Positions 21,848 through 31,649 of a DNA stretch of 44,926 nucleotides are shown piece by piece. The notes under the pieces were generated by a model, which saw only the letters and a list, made by a program, of their open reading frames with translations, did no database searches and was not told the origin of the DNA. The stretch lies in the NCBI GenBank assembly GCA_002104905.1, contig MCFE01000688.1:1-44926 (forward strand), written 5' to 3'. This DNA is from Basidiobolus meristosporus CBS 931.73 (Eukaryota > Fungi > Basidiobolomycota). A program made the translations under genes and the position numbers. Positions within the stretch are counted from its first letter, which is position 1; the number at the start of each line of letters is the position of its first letter.

Positions 21848-22274
21848 ATGCGATTCAGTACCGTTTTCTGCTCCTTGACCATGGCACTACTAGCCTGCAC
21901 AACAACTTCAGCACAATCCTCTAGTGCGTTACTAAGTATGTAATCAGTGTATAACTCAACTAGCCGCAACCAGTGAGCCTTACTAACCAAATACTTACAA
22001 TGTAGAATTGGTGAATACTCCTGAAGATATTGCACAACAACTACCATTCTCAGCTGGCTCATGCCAACGCGTGACCTTTGGACCGGTGGATACTGCCAGC
22101 ATCACCCCTGAATCACCCAGTACCGCCGCCCAAGCAATCCTGTATCCTTCTTTGCAAGATTGTAACAATCGCAGGAACAGGATTGCTGCTATAACATCCA
22201 AACAACTCGAGGTACATATCGCCAAGAACGGAAAAGAAGTGACTGTTGGAGCAGTAAGAGTATCTGTCAGCTAG
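21848..22274 (+). CDS. Intact two-exon small secreted protein, family A (118 aa; exons 21848-21935 and 22006-22274)
   Basis: Spliced product: MRFSTVFCSLTMALLACTTTSAQSSSALLKLVNTPEDIAQQLPFSAGSCQRVTFGPVDTASITPESPSTAAQAILYPSLQDCNNRRNRIAAITSKQLEVHIAKNGKEVTVGAVRVSVS. Exons total 357 nt, in frame. Signal-like N-terminus. Against the 22670 paralog's exon 2 I count about 17 synonymous and 17 non-synonymous codon differences, a synonymous excess per site that supports coding in this frame. Confidence 0.88.
21936..22005 (+). other. 70-nt spliceosomal intron
   Basis: GTATGT donor (21936-21941), TACTAAC branch point (21981-21987), TAG acceptor (22003-22005); phase 1, restores the frame. Confidence 0.9.
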
Positions 22275-22669
22275 CATCCTCAATAAACCGCATTGTTCAG
22301 TCAGGAGTTACAAAGAATGCATCCCATTAGATATACACAGCCAGAATGAAAGAGCAACTGTAACAGACTAGTGAACGAAAGCCTAGAATATGCCTACATA
22401 TCATTATGATTATCCAGCAAAAGGTGAATGGAGTGTATCCTCCGTAGCAACCGCAACGTCTTGGTGATACTAATAGCAAGGCACGGGCTCTCTTGGCTAG
22501 AAACTGAAGTAGGCGTGATGAATTGGCATCATATCCGTTCTTCCAATAATCAAATATTCCCCTTCATTGTCATGGTAACTCTGCCTGTCTCTCCTTGCCA
22601 ACCGTGCTTATCTCCTTATAGCTTTATACAATCCTCTTGAATATTCAATTCAGCGGTGAAACACACACA

Positions 22670-22950
22670 ATGCAATTCAAATCCGTTCTCTGCTCCTTAA
22701 CCGTGGCACTGCTAACCCACATATCAACCTCGGCTCATGCCAACACGTGATCTGCGAACCGGTAGATACCGCAAGCATCACTTTCGGACCGCCCAGCACC
22801 TTCGCCAAAGCGATCCTGTACCCTTCTCTGCAAGATTGCAACCGCAAAAGGAGCAGGATTGCTACGATTACCTCTAAACAACTCGAGATACACATCGCGA
22901 AGTACGGAAAAGAAGTGACCGTTGGAGCAGTGGTAGTTTCTGCCAGCTAG
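22670..22950 (+). pseudogene. Family A pseudogene, copy 8
   Basis: MQFKSVLCSLTVALLTHISTSAHANT* (TGA 22748-22750); the exon-2-like frame is open to GAVVVSAS* but out of frame. Confidence 0.85.
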
Positions 22951-23087
22951 CACTCTCAATAAGAGTCATAATCACATGGCCATTCACTATCGATAGATAA
23001 AATGCAACGGTACTTTATTCAAGCACACAGACAAGCTGTGTTGTTGGAGTGAATGAAAGCCTTGATCCTTGTTATTAAGGAGTTTAC

Positions 23088-23524
23088 TCAGCAACCCCAG
23101 TCGCATCCACCGTACCCTCCATATCCCCCGTAGCGTCCATATCCCCACCGACCTCCATAACCACCGTAGCGACCGTAGCGTCCTCGTCCCCAGTATCTGC
23201 CCCTCCGCCGCCCATATCCGCCGTATCTCCCCCATAGCTGGGCCTCTTCAGGATTACCCTCCTCTTCCTCGACTCCTTGGTCGGCTTCTTGCTTATCCGA
23301 GAGGGTCCAATCGAACGCATTTCTTGACATCTGGCCAAGAATGCCATCGATGTAGTGCCGAATATTTTGCGCATCCTCCTCCTTGTTAGACGAGAACTTC
23401 TTCACCACTTGTTCCTACCGGAGATGGATGCGCTCGCTACATTTGTGCTTGACACATCCACGGGACTTCCAAAGGCACTGACGACCGTTAATAGAGCACA
23501 AGCTGCGGTAAGTTGTTTGTACAT
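23088..23524 (-). pseudogene. GY precursor pseudogene (13-nt deletion frameshift)
   Basis: ATG 23524; span 437 nt = 450-13. The lesion at ~23410 gives ASISGRNKW*, and it differs from the 17-nt lesion in the other two frameshifted copies. Confidence 0.9.
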
Positions 23525-23920
23525 TGTGAAAGTCGAATACTCTAATAAAGCTCAGCACCAGCCTTTATATACAGATACAGCATTTGGACAAGACGGAGGC
23601 TTATAGATATCGCATCTAGGAAGCTTCAGTCAAATGATGTAGTGTATTTCGGAGGCAACCACCGTAGCTGAAGTATAAATACTCGATTTCTGTTTGTCTT
23701 CTACCGCAATAATCAACAATGCTAGTCATGGTATAAAGATGCCTATACTGTGTTTCATGAAAGTGGTAGGTACTTCTCTCGTAACCGGAAATGGGTAGAA
23801 AAGTAGCGAGAGCCTCCAAAGAGTGCCGCAAAAATCGGCCTTTATTTTGCATGATTTAGAGTTGTGTTTGATGACAGTATTAATAGTAAGCTTAACAGCA
23901 TGATGTAATGGATTAGTAGC

Positions 23921-24058
23921 TCAAACAAGCGAGCATCTTCTTTGGTTGGCTGGAACCTACACACCATTTCTCGGCTTTGGAGAAGAGATGAACACACTTA
24001 TCACATTGACTGTACCGGAATTTAAAAGCATAAGGACGATGGAAAAGTGCTTGCGCAT
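23921..24058 (-). pseudogene. Type B/C-like GY precursor relic (core deleted)
   Basis: MRKHFSIVLMLLNSGTVNVISVFISSPKPRNGV*, then FQPTKEDAR in a shifted frame; related to 21072-21254. Confidence 0.7.
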
Positions 24059-24535
24059 GGTGAATACTCTTGTGTATCTTTTACGTTATCAATCCCATAC
24101 TGGTCCTCTTTTTCTTTGACCACCACTATCTGTCTTCCTTCATCAGGCGATGAATGAATGAGCTACAAATGGGCAATACTAAGCATGCTGAAGTGTAGCA
24201 GAAACCACATCACTTTATTTACGCCTAAATTGCAGTCACCATATTTGGCGTTGCGATACTAATGGAAGTGAGGAGGCAACGCATCCGTGCCACATATGCA
24301 GGCCAACACTAGTCATCCTGGTGCAATCGAACAATACAAGGATCATCACTTGAGTTCACTAGTTTCTCCTTAAAAATAAAGTGCTTAGCGCAAAGCGAAT
24401 TTGGCGAATAGTATAGAATATTCTGCTTCATCATGGTAGCTCAGCCTGTCTCTCCTTACAAGCCGGGATAATTTCCTATAAAATCGCTTGCAATGCTCAC
24501 CTTCTTCATCAGACATACACACAGAAGAACACACA

Positions 24536-24816
24536 ATGCGATTCAAAACCGTTCTCTGCTCCTTAACCGTGGCACTGCCAACCCGCATATCAACCTCGGC
24601 TCATATCAGCTCGTGACCTGCGAACCGGTAGATACCGCAAGCATCGCTTCCGGACCGCCCAGCACCTTCGCCAAAGCGATCAGGTACCCTTCCATACAAG
24701 ATTGCAACCGTAAAAGGAACAGGATTGCTACAATTACCTCCAAACAACCCAAGATACACATCGCGAAGTACGGAAAAGAAGTGACCGTTGGAGCAGTGAG
24801 AGTTTCTGCCAGCTAG
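24536..24816 (+). pseudogene. Family A pseudogene, copy 9 (intact-type promoter with deletion-type coding region)
   Basis: The upstream region matches 21720-21847, including TATAAAA. The coding part has the shared deletion: MRFKTVLCSLTVALPTRISTSAHISS*. Confidence 0.85.
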
Positions 24817-24941
24817 CACTCTCAATAAGAGTCATAATCACATGGCCATTCACTATCAATAGATAAAATGCAACGGTACTTTATTTAAGCACACAGACAA
24901 GTGGTGTTGTTGGAGTGAATAAAAGCCTTGATTCTTATTAT

Positions 24942-25373
24942 TCAGCAACCCCAGTCGCATCCACCATACCCTCCATACCCCCACCGACCTCCGTAACCAC
25001 CGTAGCGGCCGTAACCTCCTCGTCCCCAGTATCTGCCCCTCCGCCGCCCATATCCGCCGTATCTCCCCCATAGCTCGGCCTCTTCAGGATCGCCCTCCTC
25101 TTCCTCGACTCCTTGGTCGGCGTCTTGCGTATCCGAGAGAGTCTGGTCGAAAATATTTCTTGACATCTGGCCAAAAATGCCATCAATATAGTGCCGAATA
25201 TTCTGCGCATCCTCTTCCTTGTTGGACGAGAACCTCTTCACCACTTGGCCGCTTTGCGGGTCCCTATCGGAGATGGATGCGCTCGCTACATTTGTGCTTG
25301 ACACATCTACGGGACTTCCAAAGGCACTGACGACCATCAATAGAGCACAAGCTGCGGTAAGTTGGTTGTACAT
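24942..25373 (-). CDS. Secreted GY-rich peptide precursor, type A (143 aa, intact ORF, 42-aa core)
   Basis: As 20254-20703 but 6 codons shorter in the core. TATA retained at 25413-25420, but ~260 bp of conserved upstream sequence is deleted at ~25450. Confidence 0.9.
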   Translation of the reverse strand: MYNQLTAACALLMVVSAFGSPVDVSSTNVASASISDRDPQSGQVVKRFSSNKEEDAQNIRHYIDGIFGQMSRNIFDQTLSDTQDADQGVEEEEGDPEEAELWGRYGGYGRRRGRYWGRGGYGRYGGYGGRWGYGGYGGCDWGC

Positions 25374-25885
25374 TGTGAATGTTGAATACTCAAATAAAGC
25401 TCAGCACCAGTCTTTATATACACATACAAGATGGAGGTTGATTGATATCGCTTAACAGCATGATATATTAGATTAGCAGCTCAACCAAAGGATGCCTCTT
25501 GTGTATCTTTACGTTATCAATCACGTACTGGTTATCGTGTTCTTTCACTACCACCAAGAGATGAACACATGGGCAATACTTATGTAACCGCTCAATATTA
25601 TGCTCCATCCTTATGCCCCGAACAAACTATGTATGCACTTAATACTAATAGCCTCAGTGTAGCAGAAACTACGACACTTTATTTACGCCTAGATCGCGCT
25701 CACCAATGCTTATATTCGGAGTGAATACAATATTATGGTATAAATATAGGATATTCCGCTTCAGCATCATGGTAGCTCAGCCTGTTTTTCCTTACAAGCC
25801 GGGCTAATTCCATATAAAATCGCTTGTAATGTTCACCTTATTCATCAGGCATACATACAAAAGCACACACACAGAAGCACACACA

Positions 25886-26000
25886 ATGCGATTCAGTACC
25901 GTTTTCTGCTCTTTGGTCATGGCACTACTTGCCTGCATGTCAACTTCAGCACAATCCTCTGGTGCACTACTAAGTATGTAACCAGCATATAACTCCACAA
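25886..26000 (+). pseudogene. Family A copy 10: exon 1 and intron donor only (3' truncated)
   Basis: MRFSTVFCSLVMALLACMSTSAQSSGALL (25886-25973) followed by GTATGT. Similarity to the 21936 intron is lost after ~26000, and there is no exon 2. Confidence 0.8.
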
Positions 26001-26229
26001 TTCGCAGCTAAAGTGACCATAATGTTGTGGTAAGTTCACGAATTAGATCAGAATTTTGACTGTTGTTTCTTATCAATAGGATTCAAGTACAGCCCAACTA
26101 TGATGTTGAATCAATTGTGGCTGAGTCGTCATACTATTTAATCGCTATATTGTGATACTTAAGTTGCATCTATCTATACACACTATGTGTACACACTATC
26201 TATACGTATTACAGATTAAGCTACCCGAG

Positions 26230-26670
26230 AATGCCTTATACCTCGCTGGGCACGCACCTTCATAACACTTTGTGAATTCTGAAAAACACAACGCTGTTCC
26301 TTCTGCAACAGGATGTTTATTCATTCGCCCAAGCCAGCTTGGGATGTGCTAGCTTTAGGTTCAAACACAATGGCTGTCAAGGCTTCACAAGCAGGCGAAG
26401 TCTCCAGAGGCTCGTCTATATTCCTACGCATAGCTGGCTTCCCTTTAAACTTTGCTACTACTTCGCCATTCTCCATCGTTAGCTCCTGCAGCCCATGTGT
26501 TGCTGAGAATACCTCGCACACCACGCGAAGAACCAGCATGGCTCTTTCTCTATAGATACGGTCCTGGGCTTGCACCATGGTTTGCATAACAATGTCAAGC
26601 CATTGTCCCTTTATAGCAAAAACTTCACTCCAATATGATCAGATGACGGCTCGAACAATGGCCCTTTGTA
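26230..26670 (-). pseudogene. Unidentified coding-like relic
   Basis: One minus frame reads QRAIVRAVI*SYWSEVFAIKGQWLDIVMQTMVQAQDRIYRERAMLVLRVVCEVF...SQAGLGE*INILLQKEQRCVF. It has two in-frame TGA codons and retains CpG, unlike the TE flanks. Confidence 0.35.
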
Positions 26671-27569
26671 AGTTTAATTAAAACTGGATTTCAACCATTG
26701 TTTCAACCATTGTTTAGTATTGATAATATGCCAACAACGATATGAGGCAATCCCGTTCAAGTTACATGCCAAGCAATGATGATGCTGAATTTTATTTATA
26801 TAGCTTGAGCCAATTGGGGCGTGGGAGCTGAGTCACCGTTCTGTTGGAGAGGGGCTTGCTGTTGTGAACAGAACGATGAGTTGACAGTAAATTGAGAATA
26901 TTGAATGCTCGACATTAGCTAATATACATGGCTAATTGATATGCAGTCAAATGATGTAGTACATTTCAGAAACAACCACTGCACAAACACTCGCTCATGA
27001 AAACAAATCACAATGCAAGTCGAGCAAAGAGATTTCTAACAACTACCATGGCCCTTCATCACACTATGCATGCATTCAATCCGGCCTAACATTTATGGTT
27101 GTAAAGAAAGCGCAACTATATCACTTGATCTATGCTCACCATAGCACTAGTAAAGTCTTATCCACAATGAGCAGACAGCATCAGTAGATACCCATAGCTA
27201 GTCACTCTTTCTTAGCCTGCGAGTCAACTCAAATTAGTATGTAGTCGATGTCTAGCTTGACTGGACATAACTAGTGACTGTTGATTGCTCAAATAAAGCT
27301 TAGCACTGTTTTCGGCCAAGATGGAGGTTGATTGAAATCCCATCCATGAAACTTCTCGGAATTGATGGGTTTCAGTCAAATGCTGTAGTGTATTTTGGAG
27401 GCAAACACCGCAGCTAGCATACAACCGCTTTTCCTTCTGTCTTCCACAGCAATAAGCGACTAAGCTAGCCATAGCAGAGAGATTCTTGTGTGAAAATGTC
27501 AAATATTGCTCACGTAAACAAATACAAGTGGGCAAGCAGCAAACAGCACGGCATAGTAGGCTAGTAATT

Positions 27570-27815
27570 CATCCGCACCCTCCATATTTCCAACAACCAC
27601 TATAGTACTGGTGACGTTGTCGCCACCAATATTTGCCCTGCCTTTTCTGGCACAAGCGTCTTCATCCTTGGTTGGCTGGGACCTATGTACATCTCTCAGG
27701 CTTTGACAAAGAGATGAAGGCACTTGCCCCATTGGTATCCTTTGGCTGCACCTGAGTCCATACTAAAATCCTCAGACCATTAGGAACGCACGGATGATGG
27801 GAATATGCTTGTGTT
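27570..27815 (-). pseudogene. Decayed type B/C GY precursor relic, right edge of array
   Basis: Fragments KHKHIPIIRAFLMV*, TQVQPKDTNGASAFISLSKPE, SQPTKDEDA and GKYWWRQRHQYYSGCWKYGGCG* correspond in order to precursor segments. Confidence 0.65.
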
Positions 27816-28189
27816 TGGTGAGCACCAAAGAGATAAACATAGCCTCTTGCTTTTGCTATGCAAAAATGCTGATGCAGGTGAAGAGTGCTAAGTACAACAA
27901 CTGGTATGAGCAAATTGAGGCAGTAACCACCGTTGAGTACTGTCAAAGCTCATCTGCACTTCAACTAGCATTGACATTTGATCACTGTTCTTAATACACA
28001 TTTTAAGATGACACAATAGCAGTGCCACCCTCCAAATATAGCTGACATACACTGCAATTGTTTACAGGCTGATACCAGATATTCTAAATACTCAAAGAGC
28101 TAATGATAAATATGCTTGGTGTAGACAACCATAATTAAGCTTAAACAATTTCCTTATTTTATTCAAACTAGCTTTAACATGTAGAAGGG

Positions 28190-29900
28190 TCAATTAATAT
28201 CTGCCTCCATATATGTCTTCATTGGCATTGTTGGCAACGTCTATATGATGGTTGATTGCTGGAGTCACTCTCATTGTTGACTTGATGCAGAAAGCTCCGA
28301 TAAACATCCAGTGTGTCACCATGGAGTGCTGGTGCAGTGGGCAGCTTGGGTGACCAATAATTGCTCTATTATGCTGCATTTGAGATTCAATGTTGAACAC
28401 TGTGAACCATCTACTTATACTATTTATTCAACCGGAACCTGCAATACAGATTTAGCGTCATAGTAAAACCCTCACTTCACGCTTACTATTCTCTGGTTTG
28501 ATGTTGCAATGGATGAGGATGGCACCATTCTGCTGTCTGTACCCAACATGACACCAATGAACTGCACAAACAACCTGCACAAATATGCTCCACACCCAGC
28601 TTGGCTGTAGAGAACATCTGGTGTGCTTATTGAGATCTGAATTCTGGATGATCAATTAAAGAAAATACCTGTGTGTTTTGCAAAGCTGCAGTACATTTTG
28701 CAAGTCCCCATATGCGCAGTACTCCATTAACATAATATCACAAAGGTGTCACTGTATATAAAGTGAGGTTTATTCTTCACCCAGATTCAACATTGCCTCA
28801 ATGGGATCTTCTGTCCTATCACTGATATGGTCCCTTTGTTGAGCCATCAAGCTGATATCCACAATAGGTGTGCAACAAACCTGTTTTTGGCTTCCTTTGT
28901 TGATCACCATACAGAGGTCTTTGATAAATTGAATCACACAATGATACTCATGGTTGAGTATGCTGCCATCTGCCTCTGCTTTGCTGGTAGTCACCCAGTT
29001 GTGCAACCACTCTGGTAGGGTATTCATTCCTTTGGTTGTATTGTTGCCATCTTGCACACAAGGCAATATTCTGCTACTAGGGGTTGGGGATATGCTGCTA
29101 GGGACTGCGCTGCTACTCAGGACTGGGGATATTTGCATTGCATCAGTCAAGGCTGGGAGCACTGGCGTAGGTGGCATCTCAGCCTGGGGGGTTGCTTAGT
29201 TCTTGCCTTCTTCTCACACTTAGCTACAACTCTATCATTGGTAAAGGCACTATGCATTTCCTCCTTTGAAATATCACTCCGGTTTGGCACTTATAACATA
29301 TATCTCCTTGACTCCACACCTCAATTGCGTCATCAATATGCTGAAAGCCCCAAACTCCACCAAGTACTGCCAGCATCTGGAATTCAACTTCTCCGTTTGA
29401 AATCTCTGTTGCCAAAGAAGCCGCTTTGCCAACAGCACTAGAGGCAACAGACCAAGTGAGTAATGTCCCATAATTCAAGTTATGGAATATGTGCTTTGCT
29501 GTCCATGCTTATATTAGCACTTTGGAAATAAAGACATGTCACCCAATCAACGCTTCAAGGATGTCCAGATGCAACAAAGAGGCAAATATATTGTGCAGCT
29601 TTGATGCATTAGAGCATTGCCCAATATACGGTGTCACTCAATGCTCTACTCACTTGGATACAGATGACAATGAAGGACCTTTAGTAATATACAAAGTATT
29701 CATTGGTACAATGCTACAGGTAAATATATATTTTTGCAGTAGAATACATATGCGCTGGACACCACGTGTAATTATAGGATGGATCTCCAAGCTGGTGCTT
29801 TTCTTACAAAGGATATGCTCAGTGTTTACCTGGTTAAACATATGCTTCTTTCAGGGTCTCACAATGTCAAAGCATGAAAAATACTGAATGGGCTGAAAAC
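28190..29900 (-). mobile_element. Decayed Ty3/Gypsy pol relic 1 (RT-RNase H-integrase)
   Basis: Minus-strand fragments in pol order: SGHP*SVDW...(RT tail); SSAVGKAASLA...EFQMLAVLGGVWGFQH (RNase H, 29224-29478); IKDLCMVINKG (zinc-finger region); IIQNSD...HVGYRQQNG (integrase core, 28458-28655). Many stops. Confidence 0.6.
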
Positions 29901-30997
29901 AATCTGCTCATGCTGTATTGAGCCAGTAATAATACTCCTAAATGGTACTCTGAGTAGGAATTCCATGAGATTTACACTTCACTCTTATTTGTTGTTTTCT
30001 CAGCACCAAGACATTTCAGGACTACTGTCACAGTAGATCTGAGCCCTATTTAATGGAAACATTTAGTAACCAAGTCACTCCGGTGTTTCAGCTGCGTATT
30101 TACAGGAAGCTTGATTATGGGTATTCTGTATGATCTGAAGTTATTGTTCAGAGTGTTATTGATCTGCAACCAATCAACTATGCCTTTCAGTTACTATTGT
30201 GCTTTACAATTAATTGTTAATAGTCACTGCAATAGAAGGTCAATATTCAGTTTTCTCTGGCAAAGCATTTGAAGCTCAGATATTTCTTAGCATCAACATG
30301 CTGACCAAGACCACCTTGCAAAAACACAGCCCATGATCTTCCCTAGTGCTTGGCATACTTAAGGATGTACTCACCTAATAGGAAATATTGGTCTCTATTT
30401 AACTTATTCCACTCATTTGAGCTGATCATTGCATCACAGAGTGCCACAACATGATGTGTTGTGCAAGATTAAGATCAAAACTTACATGTATATGACTCTG
30501 AAATACAAATTATTAACTAATTATACAGCACTACCTGAGACTATGAGTACTGGCACAGTAAAACAAGTCTGTTAAACTTGTTCTATTGTACTGTGGCATG
30601 TGTGTTGGGTATTTGATGGTCTCCAAGTACAATTGGGAGTAGTAATATAGCTACCAGTAAGCAGGATTGCTCATGGATGCTTTTGCACTGTGTGAGACAA
30701 TCTTGTGCACTATGGCATATTCTGACACAATGAAGTTGGCACAGTAGATTGCCCCAACTTGGAATGTGAATATCATGTGCACAATTAGATGTTACCAAGT
30801 CATGGACCTTTTGTTGTGAACAACTATAAGAAATCTATTATAAATATTAAAAACTACCTTCAAAGTTCCTGAATGTAATCCCAATAAATATGGGTGTGAA
30901 ATCATCAATTGGATTAATTGCTTCCTACCCTTGCAAAAATAAAAAAGTTAGAGTTCATTGGATTTCTAGCTGGTAATTAGCTGATATTCTTATGTTA

Positions 30998-31091
30998 TTT
31001 TGCTGGAAGTCAGTTGGTGTTGCAGCTTTAAGTTTTTGTTTGCAATCTTTGGTGAAATAATGAGCAGCTTATAACCAAATTGGTATGAATG
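30998..31091 (+). repeat. Dispersed repeat fragment matching 3331-3461 in inverted orientation
   Basis: See the 3331-3461 feature. Confidence 0.45.
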
Positions 31092-31649
31092 CTGGTAGAC
31101 CCAGTCTTCTTCTGGAAGGGATGTCTGCTTGCCTGCTACAGGGCTAGTACCTGACATATTCACAGTTGTAACTTCTGAGAAAGTTGAAGCTTAGCTAATT
31201 GTATGATGGCTTGTTACCAACCAGTTTTGAGTTTTTTTGTATAGTGAACAAAGCAGCAGTGTATATGTAAGTTAGCTTCTCTCCAGCTTGCACTCAGGCC
31301 TTCAGCAATACACTCAATTGGAAAACTCCATAATGTTGCAAAGAGGATATGGAGATAGCAAATTTCATTACTTCAGCACAATGTAAAGAGACATGGTTAA
31401 TTTCAGTGCATACACCATTTTCCCTATTATTACCATGATCGCATAACATCTGCAACATTTCATTATTAGCTTATCATATAGTGACATTCTGCCAGCCTTT
31501 TGTTGGTTTTGTTTCTTATGGAAATACGTCATTCTTGACAGTAATAAGCACAGAATTGGAAGTCCCCCTTTTCTCCCCCTCTTGTATCTTACACACTCAT
31601 TACACTCCCTCTATTGCCTATGAAAAAAAACTGGTCCTGTGAGTGGATC

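Noticed and set aside
22540-22665. Apparent extra GY relic on the minus strand upstream of A copies (ELxxEEDxIEL*G...)
   Set aside because: The segment aligns with the plus-strand promoter/5' UTR of the intact A gene (21720-21847); the GY resemblance is coincidental.
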